Virus record (IMG/VR): IMGVR_UViG_3300009012_000001
Location: 1-56,988 of that record
Strand: one strand, 5' to 3'
DNA: 56,988 nucleotides
From: a virus
Lineage: Duplodnaviria > Caudoviricetes
Shown here: piece after piece, positions 1 through 9,564 of the stretch
Layout of the letters: each line of letters opens with the position of its first letter
How positions within the stretch are numbered: the first letter of the stretch is position 1
Notes under the pieces: model-generated
What the model was told of the DNA's origin: nothing
What the model saw: the letters and a program-made list of their open reading frames with translations, nothing else
Databases searched by the model: none
Position numbers and translations under genes: made by a program

Positions 1-123
1 AGCGACTCCATCTCTGCGAGGGTGATGCGCCATTCCACGGCCTGCGTCATCGTCTTCCCCCCTTTTGCGTCGTCCCCCGCGGGGACCATGGTGACTTTTC
101 CTCGGACCCCGTCGCCGAGTTCG
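1..123. repeat. Terminal direct repeat (circular assembly overlap), copy 1
   Basis: 1-123 is identical to 56866-56988, and a reading frame continues across the junction. Confidence 0.97.
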
Positions 124-803
124 TAGTGTTTCGCGGCCTTCCAGGTCGCGTGCTGCACGAGGCTGTCGCGCGCGTGCGGCAGGTGGGCCACGGCGGGGAT
201 TTCCCCGCCCAGCAGCGCCACCGCGCCGAGCACGCGCGGGAACGTCTTCCCGTCGCGTTCGAAGTCCCAGAAAATTTCCGCGCTGGGCGGCCCGTACTTG
301 TGGTCGAGGATGCCCGCGCAGACCTCCGGCGCCACGTCGCGGATGTCCGCGACGAGCGCGCCGTCCTGCACGCGCAAATCCTTCACCCAGCCGACGGCCG
401 GGGCGCCCGTGTCGGAAACGTGCCCCAGTTTGAACGGTGGCTCGAACCCGACCTCGCGAAACGCGGCCGCCATGGCCGCGAGGTCCTCGACGGAATAGGG
501 GTCGCCGTTCCACGTCCCGGGCCGGAAGATGGGCCAGCCTTCGATGGCGCAGGCGTAGGGTTTGGCTGTCGCCGCGTCGGTCGCGTGTTTGTTCGCCTCG
601 ATGGCGCGCAGTTGCGCTTCGGCGTCCCCCTGCGTGGGGTGGCAGCCCAGCGTCTTCGTGCGCGTCGAATCGACCACGCACCACTGGTTCCCCCGTTTCT
701 CGACGAAGTAGTTGCGCGCGACGGTCAGCGGGCCGTCGCCGTGCGCGTCGCGCCCGGTCGGCGTCGTTTGCTGCGTCCTAACCGCGCTCGAATTCCCGTC
801 CAA
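1..803 (-). CDS. Mu gpI-like prohead protease/scaffold, 5' part (continues into 56865-55902; about 588 aa total)
   Basis: Manual translation, absent from the ORF track because it crosses the origin: IFRPGTWNG..PPFKLGH..PAVGWV..SAEIFWDF..PRVLGAVALLGGEIPAV. Likely TTG start at 803 after GGGGAGGG. Confidence 0.85.
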   Translation of the reverse strand, partial: MDGNSSAVRTQQTTPTGRDAHGDGPLTVARNYFVEKRGNQWCVVDSTRTKTLGCHPTQGDAEAQLRAIEANKHATDAATAKPYACAIEGWPIFRPGTWNGDPYSVEDLAAMAAAFREVGFEPPFKLGHVSDTGAPAVGWVKDLRVQDGALVADIRDVAPEVCAGILDHKYGPPSAEIFWDFERDGKTFPRVLGAVALLGGEIPAVAHLPHARDSLVQHATWKAAKHYELGDGVRGKVTMVPAGDDAKGGKTMTQAVEWRITLAEMES

Positions 804-1539
804 AGGCAATCCCTCCCCGCAATATCATCGTCGCGGGCCACAGCGGGCTGCGTCCCCACTTCTGCACGAACAGGGCGTGGGCCGATTCCTCCATCTTCTT
901 GTAGGCGGCGCCGTCCCGGTCGTGCGTCTGCGTGTTCAGGTGCAGGACGACGACTTTGTGGTTGCGGTAGGCACGCAGCCCGGCCTGGTATAGGCGCATG
1001 ATGAGGTCGTTGTCGCTGGCCAGGGACTGGTAGGCTTCGTCCAGACGCCACCCTTTGCGGAACAGGACCAGCGGTCCGTACCAGCCCTCCGTGATGAAAT
1101 CGCTGGGCGCGTGGTTAAGCATCGCCCCGACTTCCTGCGCGGCGAGTGACGCGATGCCGCAGTCCCGGTAGCGGTCGAAGCACTCCAGCAGCGCCTCCAG
1201 CCAGCCGGGCTTCGTGATGATGTCGTTTCCGGTCCAGCCGATGAAGTCGCCCGTGGCCGCGTCGATGCCGGCGTTGATGTCCTTCGCCAACGTCGTGCGA
1301 TTTGGAGAATACAGGTACTTCATGTGGTCCATGTCGTGCGCGACCTTGAAACTTTCCGGTTCTAACTCCTTCGATTCTGTTTCCACCACGATGAGTTCGA
1401 ACGGCACCTGCGTCGTGTCGCGCAGAATCTTGATGGCCGCTTCGGTCAGGTGCCGTTGCCACGGGTGGGAGATAAGGACCGGCAAAACAATGGAAACACT
1501 AGGCGTCACGATTTTTATGCCACCGTTCCAGTGATTCAA
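778..1539 (-). CDS. GT2 family glycosyltransferase (start possibly GTG 1509)
   Basis: VSIVLPV, FELIVVE, INAGIDAATGDFI..GND, DNDLIMRL..AG motifs of the GT-A fold. Confidence 0.85.
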   Translation of the reverse strand: MNHWNGGIKIVTPSVSIVLPVLISHPWQRHLTEAAIKILRDTTQVPFELIVVETESKELEPESFKVAHDMDHMKYLYSPNRTTLAKDINAGIDAATGDFIGWTGNDIITKPGWLEALLECFDRYRDCGIASLAAQEVGAMLNHAPSDFITEGWYGPLVLFRKGWRLDEAYQSLASDNDLIMRLYQAGLRAYRNHKVVVLHLNTQTHDRDGAAYKKMEESAHALFVQKWGRSPLWPATMILRGGIAFGREFERG

Positions 1540-1705
1540 TCCGTGCGGTCAATTCGTCGATTCTGTCGCACAATTTCTGAATCACGCGCCTCGACATCGG
1601 GTCGTTGAAAACCCATCGTGTCGGGTCTTTAACCTCAATCCCTAACCGTTCCGCAATCTTCGCGTCTATCCCCATCAGTTCGCGGAATTTCTCCTGATTC
1701 GTCAT
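1499..1705 (-). CDS. Hypothetical coiled-coil protein
   Basis: GGAGGGG RBS; sits in the operon. Confidence 0.6.
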   Translation of the reverse strand: MTNQEKFRELMGIDAKIAERLGIEVKDPTRWVFNDPMSRRVIQKLCDRIDELTARIESLERWHKNRDA

Positions 1706-1720
1706 TCAACCCCTCCCCAT

Positions 1721-3991
1721 CTATTTGAACCCTGGAGCCGCGAGCATTTCCGCGCGCCCGAGTTGTTCGGGCGTGATGAGGTCCGCTTCGTCGACCTGCA
1801 CGCCGACGGTGACGGGCACCAGCACGCTGCGGCAGTTGAAGTGGTTCGGCGGCGTGAGGCGGTCCAGTTCCGGCTCGTCCAGCGGGAAGACCTTGCCGTC
1901 CAAGAAGCGGCAGACCTCGGTGGTGCGGTCGTCAATGACGGCCGAATACATCATGCCGCGCACGAACCCCGCCAGTTCCGGGGCGCGCGCGGTCACGAGG
2001 CGCCCTTGGTTGAACGCCTCGGTCGCGTTCGTGCGTAGGATGGTTTCCAAGCGGAACGGGTCGACCACGTCGCCGTCGCGGATGAGGGTCGGGTCGCCAA
2101 TGTACGGCTCGAAAATATCGTGCAGTTTATGCATCGTATCGGATTGAGGTTCGCCAATTTTCAGCGCGTTGAGCAACACTTCCCGTGCTTGACCCAGCAA
2201 GCGGTTACTCAGTACGCCGGAAATATGGAGCACTTTCTGCGATAGCCAACGCAGGGCCTCGACTGGGACGAACCCGACGTCACCTTGAAACGTGCGCGGC
2301 AGTTCGGCACGCGCGGTGCCCTCGCCCAACCGATAGAGGGTTCGGACGAATTCGCGCAGGGTATCTTGGATGTCCCCGAAGCCCGACAATGCGAGGTCGG
2401 TTATGAACTTGCGGTTATCGGGACGGAAATTTCGTTCAACGGTAGCGAGCAGTTTGTCGCGCACGGCCCGGAACAGCGGGACGAGCGCCTGGCGCGTGCG
2501 CTCCTCCGACTGCGACAAGCCCGCCTCGATGCGGGCGTAGTTCGTGGCGCGGTCGTAGCGATACGGTTTTGCCACAATGGCCTTCGTGGCGGTGGCGGTG
2601 GCCTTGGCCGCGGCGGCGACCTCGGCCGGGACCGTGACGGTGGCGGCGTCGCCCTGGCCGTTCCCTCCCCCCGGCGCGGCCACGGGGGCGGCGGCGGCCT
2701 CCGCCTTGGCCGCGGCGGGCAGGGGCACGGTGCTGTCCGCCAGCGGCGGGAACTTCAGGATTTCGCGGATGTGCGTTTCGTCCTCGTCCTGCGGCCGGAC
2801 GACGCCGGCGCCGACGGCGGCGAGCCAGGCGTCCATCATCGCCTTGCGGTCGTATTCCGTGAGCGGGATGAACTGGAACCGCGGGTAGTCGTCGACGACG
2901 TAGTTCGCGTCCACCAAAGGCCGCACGACCTGCTCCGCCATGACGCGCTCCTCGATGTCGCGGCGGATTTTTTCGACGACGAGCATGAACACGTCGAAGT
3001 TGACCTTGGCCCGGGCGTAGGACCCCTGCGCCACGTCGGCGGTCAGGCCTAGGTGGCCCGGCATGAGGATGGCCCGGGCGATGGCCTGGTCGAAATGCTC
3101 CAGCGCGGGCACGAACTCCGACTGCGTCCGGCCCTGCACCGGGCTGCTCCAGATGTCCAGCGCATCCGCGCCGCCGGGGCGCGGCAGCAGGCCGTGCGTA
3201 GCCGCCTGCCAGTTCGTCACGACGGTCTTCATTTGCTCGACCTGCTCCGGCGTGTACCGCGCCGGGTCGTACTCGAAGAACAGCCCGGGCACGGCGTGGC
3301 GTTCCAGGTACATCAGGAACCACTTCACGACGTTGTCCTTGGCCCACCACCAGCGGTAGGCGGCCTCCAAGTCGGACCGACCGTAGATGTTGCTGAATTC
3401 CATGTCGTGGCTGTAGAGCACGAAGCGGTCGCGCGGCAGGCGCTTGGGGGCGTAGCCGACCTGCATCTGCAGGACGCCGTCCGGTTTGAGGTTGCCGAAT
3501 TCGTCCATGTCGAACAGGAAACTGTCCGGCCGCCGCGTTTTCAGCGCGCCGTACCAGACCTTCCCCGCGAAGTCGCCCGGCGGCGCGGGCGCCCAGACTT
3601 TCTCGGTGACGGAGAACCCGTAAATGAGCGCGCCCAGGATTTCCAGCAGGTCGTCCTCGACGGTCCCTTCCAGGTTGCGCAGGCACGCGTCGACGAACCG
3701 CGTGACCTCCCAGTCCTCGGCGAAGTCGCGCGGGCTTTCCACCGTCCAGCCCGACGCCATGACGGCGTGCTGCTTAAACGCGACGGCCGCCTTGACCTGG
3801 TCGTCCTGGCGCATCTGGTCAAACACGCGCAGGCCCTGGCGCGTGACAAGGATGGACGGGTTGTATTGCAGCCACGTCACGCCCGGCCAGATGCGGCGCG
3901 GGTCGGCGAGCGCGACCTCGCCCGTCGGCGGCGTGGGCGGGCGCTGGAACGTCCGCCACGCCAGGGACACCCGTTCGGCGAGGGTCGGCAT
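1721..3991 (-). CDS. Portal protein (Mu gp29/DUF935-like) fused to a Mu gpF-like minor head domain
   Basis: N-part ALIYGFSVTEKVW, YGRSDLEAAY, GSYARAKV; Ala-rich linker; C-part RLETILRTN, YSAVIDDRTTEVC, PPNHFNCRS; follows the terminase. Confidence 0.9.
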   Translation of the reverse strand: MPTLAERVSLAWRTFQRPPTPPTGEVALADPRRIWPGVTWLQYNPSILVTRQGLRVFDQMRQDDQVKAAVAFKQHAVMASGWTVESPRDFAEDWEVTRFVDACLRNLEGTVEDDLLEILGALIYGFSVTEKVWAPAPPGDFAGKVWYGALKTRRPDSFLFDMDEFGNLKPDGVLQMQVGYAPKRLPRDRFVLYSHDMEFSNIYGRSDLEAAYRWWWAKDNVVKWFLMYLERHAVPGLFFEYDPARYTPEQVEQMKTVVTNWQAATHGLLPRPGGADALDIWSSPVQGRTQSEFVPALEHFDQAIARAILMPGHLGLTADVAQGSYARAKVNFDVFMLVVEKIRRDIEERVMAEQVVRPLVDANYVVDDYPRFQFIPLTEYDRKAMMDAWLAAVGAGVVRPQDEDETHIREILKFPPLADSTVPLPAAAKAEAAAAPVAAPGGGNGQGDAATVTVPAEVAAAAKATATATKAIVAKPYRYDRATNYARIEAGLSQSEERTRQALVPLFRAVRDKLLATVERNFRPDNRKFITDLALSGFGDIQDTLREFVRTLYRLGEGTARAELPRTFQGDVGFVPVEALRWLSQKVLHISGVLSNRLLGQAREVLLNALKIGEPQSDTMHKLHDIFEPYIGDPTLIRDGDVVDPFRLETILRTNATEAFNQGRLVTARAPELAGFVRGMMYSAVIDDRTTEVCRFLDGKVFPLDEPELDRLTPPNHFNCRSVLVPVTVGVQVDEADLITPEQLGRAEMLAAPGFK

Positions 3992-4377
3992 CAGATGGCC
4001 ACGGCGTAGCCGCCCGCGATGAGGACGCCAGCCAAGTCGCGCCCGTCGGGCAGCGTGACGCTGGCCACGTAGCGGCCGAATGTGGTCACGTCGGGCACCG
4101 TCCGGACGACGCAGGGCGCGCCGACGGGGAGCACGGTCATCACGTAGGCTTTGCTGGCCAGCCCCGCCTCCTTCGTGGCGCCGGTGACTTCGGGCGCGTT
4201 CACGCCGAGCAACCGCACGGTCGCGTAGCGGTATTCGTTGAACCCCAAGTCGACCAAGAAATCATAGGTGTCCCCGTCCACGACGTGCCGGCAAATGGCG
4301 CGGTACGGCCCGAAGGCGTACAGGCCCGCCAACGACGGCGGGAACGCGGCGAATTCGGCGGGGAGGCGGTCGCTCAT
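3991..4377 (-). CDS. Thermonuclease (SNase-like)
   Basis: VVDGDT, VDLGF, VRLLGVNAPE, FGRYVA motifs; ATG 4377. Confidence 0.85.
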   Translation of the reverse strand: MSDRLPAEFAAFPPSLAGLYAFGPYRAICRHVVDGDTYDFLVDLGFNEYRYATVRLLGVNAPEVTGATKEAGLASKAYVMTVLPVGAPCVVRTVPDVTTFGRYVASVTLPDGRDLAGVLIAGGYAVAI

Positions 4378-4763
4378 GCCAGCAGCAGCATCAGGCGCCG
4401 CAGCGTGTCCTCGGTGGGCGGGCCGCTCGTGTCGTCGAGCAGCCGGCGGAGCCGTTCCTGGCTCCGGGCCCGCCGGCGTTGCGCCATTTCCGGTTGTCGG
4501 GCGGCCGCCCCCCGCAGGACCCCCGCCTGTGAACAGCGCAGGCCACAAAACCGCCGACGGTCTGGCGTCCGGTAGAACGGTTTGTGGCAGACAGGGCACT
4601 GGGCAATCTCCGCGGGCCGTCCGCAGAGCGGGCAGCGACGGCGGACGCCGCCGCTCACCACAGGAATCCGCTGGCGGTCTTCCACACCAGGCTCAGGGTA
4701 AGCATTCCGGTCGTCCGCCGTCACGGAGTGGTCGTCGGGACGGGCATCCGCCCAGAAATCCAT
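4374..4763 (-). CDS. Zinc-finger protein (TRASH-like)
   Basis: CPLC, CPVCHKPF..RRFCGLRC. Confidence 0.55.
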   Translation of the reverse strand: MDFWADARPDDHSVTADDRNAYPEPGVEDRQRIPVVSGGVRRRCPLCGRPAEIAQCPVCHKPFYRTPDRRRFCGLRCSQAGVLRGAAARQPEMAQRRRARSQERLRRLLDDTSGPPTEDTLRRLMLLLA

Positions 4764-4957
4764 TCCTGCACCAACTGGTGCGCTTGGACCTCGCCGAGCA
4801 CGCATTCTGCCACCACGGTGCCGGGTTGCTGGGCGGCGACCGTCGCCCGCACAGAACACGCTTTATCGTCCATGCCGAACGCGAGGGTGTACGCCCCGCG
4901 GCGGCCCGCCAAGTCGCTGGTGGGCACCGCCAACATCAGCACGACCAGGAACCACAT
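4721..4957 (-). CDS. Small hypothetical protein with a hydrophobic N-terminus
   Basis: GGAGGTGG RBS; MWFLVVLMLAV. Confidence 0.5.
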   Translation of the reverse strand: MWFLVVLMLAVPTSDLAGRRGAYTLAFGMDDKACSVRATVAAQQPGTVVAECVLGEVQAHQLVQEWISGRMPVPTTTP

Positions 4958-4961
4958 GTCG

Positions 4962-6248
4962 TCACCACCTCCAGGGCGCGTCCTGGGCCACGCGGTCGCC
5001 CAACAGGACGGGCGTGTGCGCCTCCGTTCCGACCGGTCCGCACAGTTGCCACGCCAGCCCGAGCGCCATCACGCAGTCGTCGTGCAGCCCCTCGGGCGCG
5101 GCGTAGCGGAAGCCCGCGCGCGTGACCTCGTAGCCGAACGATTCCAGTTCGCCGACCAATTCGGGGATGTCGGGGAACGTCATTTGCCGTTGCTCAATGC
5201 CCACGGCCAGAAACTCGACAAGACGCTGTTTAGTTTGCGCCGTGAATACGAACGGAGCCACGGGGGCGCCCATGCGCTGGAGGTCTTCGACCACAGCATC
5301 CTGCGCGCCCGTTGCATCCACGTAGGCCGCGGCTCGATAACGCAGCAATACATGGGCAATGCGGTCCTTTTGGAGGTGCCAGTCGATGCGAGTGAAACGG
5401 TCGAACGCCACCACCGACCGCGCCATCCGGTCCATGACACATACGACCGTGAAGTCTTCATGTCGTCCGAGGTCCACACCCGCCACATAATGTCGGCGAG
5501 CCAGTTCGTCGACGCTGGGGAATCGTTGGTCGAGTGCTCCATCGATGCACGCCCTCACATTCCGGAAGACCGACGCTTCGTCGTCCTGCGCCTCCGCCTC
5601 GAACAGTTCCCGATACACGCGGGCGGGCAGGTTCCGCTTCGCGTCGTCCAGTTTCTCGCGCGGCACGGCGGGGTTGTCGGCCGACCGCATGAACACGTAG
5701 TCATAGCCGCGCTCGCCCGCCTTGGCGCGCTGGCATAACTTCCAGAACCAATTGCGTCGGCCGCGCGGGGTCGACAGCACCAGCAGCCGACCGCGCGTCG
5801 CGGTCAGCGTGGTCTGGACCGCGAACAGAACCTCCTCGCGCATGCCCTGCGTGGCCTCGTCCAACACCGCGCCGTGGACGTCCTCGCCGTACAGCGTCTG
5901 CGGCTTCTCGCCGCTACGGAATTCCAGGACGCTGCCGTTCGGCAGCGGGACGCGCATCGCGGACTGGTTCGGTTCAATGGCCATGCCGGCGCGCAACAGC
6001 ATGCGCACGATGCGGCCGAACGCGATTTCCGTCTGGCGGTAGATGGGCGCCACCCACCACCACCGCGTCCCGGGCCGCTCCCAGGCCTGGCGCAGCAACC
6101 ACAGAATGGCGCCACTGGTCTTGCCCGACTTCGTGCCCGCCTCCACCAAGACGATGGACGCGCCGGACTCAATGAGCCTTCGTTGGCCCGCCGAGTTCGG
6201 GCTGGGTAGTGTCAGGGTGAACTCCGCCCGGCTCGAAGACGGCGACAT
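4962..6248 (-). CDS. terL: Terminase large subunit
   Basis: Walker A GTKSGKT, Walker B AVLDEA, STPRG, nuclease GVDLG..D and HDDCVMALGLA. Confidence 0.95.
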   Translation of the reverse strand: MSPSSSRAEFTLTLPSPNSAGQRRLIESGASIVLVEAGTKSGKTSGAILWLLRQAWERPGTRWWWVAPIYRQTEIAFGRIVRMLLRAGMAIEPNQSAMRVPLPNGSVLEFRSGEKPQTLYGEDVHGAVLDEATQGMREEVLFAVQTTLTATRGRLLVLSTPRGRRNWFWKLCQRAKAGERGYDYVFMRSADNPAVPREKLDDAKRNLPARVYRELFEAEAQDDEASVFRNVRACIDGALDQRFPSVDELARRHYVAGVDLGRHEDFTVVCVMDRMARSVVAFDRFTRIDWHLQKDRIAHVLLRYRAAAYVDATGAQDAVVEDLQRMGAPVAPFVFTAQTKQRLVEFLAVGIEQRQMTFPDIPELVGELESFGYEVTRAGFRYAAPEGLHDDCVMALGLAWQLCGPVGTEAHTPVLLGDRVAQDAPWRW

Positions 6249-6528
6249 AGTGGCGATGGATGACCTCGGAGTCCCCGGACATGTGGATGTCCCACGCGGC
6301 GCGGCCGTGCAGGCGGTCCAGCACGTCCCGCGCCGCCGCCAGCCGCACGGAATCCTGGTTAGAGGCTTGCATGGCCCGGATGAGCGTCGCGATGGCCAGC
6401 GGTTCCAATTGCCGCAGCGCCTCGCGGTAGGCCAAGCGCGGGCGGCCGCCTCGTTCCCCGCCCCGGCCGGACGGGTTCAGCGTGCCGTGGACCACGCGCC
6501 CCTGCTTGTCGCGCTGCACCGGGGTCAT
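6169..6528 (-). CDS. terS: Terminase small subunit
   Basis: RDKQGR..NPSGR..GRP, VRLAAARDVLDR..G; directly upstream of terL. Confidence 0.75.
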   Translation of the reverse strand: MTPVQRDKQGRVVHGTLNPSGRGGERGGRPRLAYREALRQLEPLAIATLIRAMQASNQDSVRLAAARDVLDRLHGRAAWDIHMSGDSEVIHRHYVAVFEPGGVHPDTTQPELGGPTKAH

Positions 6529-7598
6529 GGCGCCGCCGCGAGTTCCGCCTGCTGGCCCGTGTAGGATTCCCAGCGCGCGATGGCCACCGCGCACCAGCGG
6601 GGTTCAATATCCATGGCGTAGCAGGTGCGGCCCATCATCTGCGCGGCGATGAGCGTCGTGCCCGTGCCCACGAACGGGTCGTAGACGTCCCCGCGGTGGT
6701 TGCGCAGCGGGAACAGCATGCATTCCACGGGCTTCTGCGCGCTGTGGCCGCCGTCCACGTTCGGGTCGAGCGCAATCTCGCGCACCGTCGTTTCGGTGTG
6801 GTCGCCTATCCAGCCCGCGTCGTGCCCGTGCCGCACGGCGTACCAGTCCACGCGGTTGTCGGCCGTCACGGGCGCCACACGGCGGGCCGCGTACCATAAC
6901 GCCCCCTTCGCCGCCGCCTCGTTGCGCCAGCCGGCGTCGTACTCAACCCCGTAGGGCGGGTCGGTCACCATCAACGTCGGCACGGCCCCGTCGAGCAGTC
7001 GCGCCACGTCGGAGGCCGCCGTGGCGTCACCGCAGAACAGCCGATGCGGCCCCAACCGCCACAACTGCCCGACCTGCACGTCCGGGCCGACCCCGTCCGG
7101 GTTGGCCAGTTCGGGCGGCGGCGGCGTGAGTTGGCGCAGCAATTTGTCGATGTCATCGGCGGAGAACCCCGACAGCGTTTCGTCGATGTCCGACGCGCGC
7201 AGTTGCCTGAGGACCTCGCCCAACTTCGGCAGGTCCCATTCCCCCTGAATTTTGTTGAGCGCGACGTTGAGCGCCTGCTCCTGCGCCGGCGCGAGGTCGA
7301 CCACGCTGACGTCGACTTCACGGGCGCCCTGCTCCCGCAGAACCTTCAGACGCTGGTGGCCGCCGATGAGGCGGTTCGTGCGCTGGTTCCAGACCAACGG
7401 CTCCACGAACCCGAACGCCTCGATGCTGCGTTTCAGCGCGTCGTAGGCTGGGTCGCCGGGGCGCAGGTCCTTGCGCGGGTTGTAGGCGGCCGGGACGAGC
7501 GCGTCCAGCGGCATGCGCCGCAATTCGACCGTCCCCCAGGCTTTTGCCATGGTATTTGCTTTGGGATGCGGTTCCGTCACAGGTTGCGGTTCGCCCAT
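6525..7598 (-). CDS. ParB-like domain fused to an N6A/N4C DNA methyltransferase, apparently with an internal deletion
   Basis: YNPRK, IGGHQRL, HRLFCGD, TDPPYG, HSAQKP, DPFVGTGTT. Confidence 0.85.
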   Translation of the reverse strand: MGEPQPVTEPHPKANTMAKAWGTVELRRMPLDALVPAAYNPRKDLRPGDPAYDALKRSIEAFGFVEPLVWNQRTNRLIGGHQRLKVLREQGAREVDVSVVDLAPAQEQALNVALNKIQGEWDLPKLGEVLRQLRASDIDETLSGFSADDIDKLLRQLTPPPPELANPDGVGPDVQVGQLWRLGPHRLFCGDATAASDVARLLDGAVPTLMVTDPPYGVEYDAGWRNEAAAKGALWYAARRVAPVTADNRVDWYAVRHGHDAGWIGDHTETTVREIALDPNVDGGHSAQKPVECMLFPLRNHRGDVYDPFVGTGTTLIAAQMMGRTCYAMDIEPRWCAVAIARWESYTGQQAELAAAP

Positions 7599-7653
7599 TT
7601 CACGGCGGCCCAGACGAGCACCGCGACCACGGCGGCCAGGAGCCACCACCACG

Positions 7654-7881
7654 TCAGGGCTCGTCGTGCCCCTTGTGCTTGCCCTTGTCTTTGCCCTGCC
7701 CGTGGTCGTCGGATGCGTCGCCCGCCGTTGGGGCGCCGGGTTCGGTCCCGATGCGTGCGCGGCCCGTTTCGGCGAGGATGACGTTCGCCACGCCGGGTTC
7801 AGCGGCCCAGCGCGTCGCGTCGTCCTCGCTGCCGTCCCGCGTTTCCGTCCTGCCGTCGGTCATCGTCACGGTCCAATACAT
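7654..7881 (-). CDS. Hypothetical protein, first gene of the late arm
   Basis: GAGGTG RBS before ATG 7881. Confidence 0.55.
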   Translation of the reverse strand: MYWTVTMTDGRTETRDGSEDDATRWAAEPGVANVILAETGRARIGTEPGAPTAGDASDDHGQGKDKGKHKGHDEP

Positions 7882-8384
7882 GGCATCACCTCGTGGTGGA
7901 TTTGGGGACGGGACGGGCCCGCAGTCCTTGAACGGGGCGGGGCGGGGACAAGGGGTTCCCCGGACACGCGCCCACCGCGGGCCGTCCGACGTCCCCACGG
8001 AACACAAAACGCGCCCGAAGGCGCGCACAGGATGCACCGATTTCCATTCTAGAGTACCAGACGTGTCAAGCGTTCGCAGGTTCCGCCCAGGATAGGCGCA
8101 GGTTTCGCGCAGTTTGTCCCCCTAATGTGTGCGGGTTGTCCACAGCAACCGAACAGAAATTCCGTACCAGGGGTTGATTGTTCTACCGCTACATCTTGCG
8201 GTAGGAGAATCGATGGCGGCAGGGAAGACTGAAGGCAACAAAATAGCCCGGCGTCTGGGAGTGGAACGCCGGGCAGGAACTGCGGTGATGCCCCAAGGCC
8301 CTTCACCTGCATTATTACCCAGCCACACCGCAAATTCCTGCCTCCCTCCCCAAAAATCCGGGCAACCTTTTAGGAGGGCTTCCC

Positions 8385-8876
8385 ATGGTCGCTCAGTATA
8401 GGCAGTCCTTCATAACTGCTAAAGAAACTACAAAAGAACAAGACAATGCCTATACTGAAACACCCCGTCGGTACGCCGAGCCGCGATGGCGGACGTCGGG
8501 CAAGCAGCGGGCGGCCAGCGCGGTGGCGTGGCGGTTCCGGGCGCTGTTCTATCCGACCAGCTGGGTGCCGTTGCCGAGCCTGCGCCTGCAGGCGTTCCGG
8601 CTGTTCAAGGCGGGCTGGACGGAACGGGACCTAACTGGAGCCATGGACGAGGCCGCCAAGGCCCCCTGGCGGCGGGAACGGCCCAAAACCCTATGGTTTT
8701 TCCTGGGATGGGTCAAACGCGCTCGGGCGCGCGCGGCGGCGCAAGCCGACCGCGAACACGAGGAACGCGTCAGACAGAATGCCCTGGAACCAAGGTCCCA
8801 GGGGATGGGGATTCAGTGGGAGAAAGTGCTGCCGTGGTGGACCCCAACGAAGGAACCAAACCCAAGTCCGCCGTGA
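8385..8876 (+). CDS. Hypothetical protein, possibly a replication-initiator-like C-terminal domain
   Basis: AGGAGG RBS; isolated + strand gene beside iteron-like repeats; function is a guess. Confidence 0.45.
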   Translation: MVAQYRQSFITAKETTKEQDNAYTETPRRYAEPRWRTSGKQRAASAVAWRFRALFYPTSWVPLPSLRLQAFRLFKAGWTERDLTGAMDEAAKAPWRRERPKTLWFFLGWVKRARARAAAQADREHEERVRQNALEPRSQGMGIQWEKVLPWWTPTKEPNPSPP

Positions 8877-8972
8877 CGCCGCCGTGGGTCCTGGGAGGGA
8901 TGGCGCAAGGCGTGGGAAGAAATCCGCGACCTGTCCTATGCATTGCACCATCCTTCATCCCATGACCCCCAG

Positions 8973-9362
8973 TTAGTGAAACAGTTTAGTCTGTTTGGCC
9001 CGTCGCATCCGTCGGTCCGACGGGTCGTTTCCCTCCTCGTCCATCAGTTCGTGCAGCCTGTCGTGGCACCACGCGCACACGGCGATGCAGTCGTTCATCT
9101 CCTGGTCGTCACCGCCGAACACCGCTTCGTAACTGCGGTGGTGAACGTGCAGCGGGCCGTCATGGTCGGCGTTGATTTGGCACCTCCCCCCCGCCCGTGC
9201 GATGACCTGGGCGCGTACGTCCCGCCACTGCGGGGACTTCAGATACTCTTCGTACACCAACATGCGGAAGTCACCGTCCTCGACGATGGATTCCGCAACC
9301 GGTTGCGGTGAAGATATTCTCATCCCTGATGCGATTTCTCCGCAAACTTCATCGCCAGCCAT
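8973..9362 (-). CDS. HNH endonuclease
   Basis: YEEYLKSPQW, RCQ, LHVHHRSY, VCAWCH. Confidence 0.75.
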   Translation of the reverse strand: MAGDEVCGEIASGMRISSPQPVAESIVEDGDFRMLVYEEYLKSPQWRDVRAQVIARAGGRCQINADHDGPLHVHHRSYEAVFGGDDQEMNDCIAVCAWCHDRLHELMDEEGNDPSDRRMRRAKQTKLFH

Positions 9363-9430
9363 GAGGGACGATTTTTGAGGGTTCACTCCGTACGAATCCC
9401 CCCCTGCCGAAGCGCAGACGGCGAGAACGG

Positions 9431-9480
9431 GAAGGACAGGGAGGGACAGGGAGGGACGGGGAGGGACAGGGAAGGACGCC
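9431..9480. repeat. Five tandem 10-bp repeats (GARGGACRGG), iteron-like
   Basis: gaaggacagg gagggacagg gagggacggg gagggacagg gaaggacgcc. Confidence 0.8.
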
Positions 9481-9564
9481 ATGAAAAAGTGCAGTCCGTT
9501 GGAATCGGGGTCCTATTCAATGCAAATCTCTTCAGGACGCACGATTGCGGGGTGTTGCTACGTT

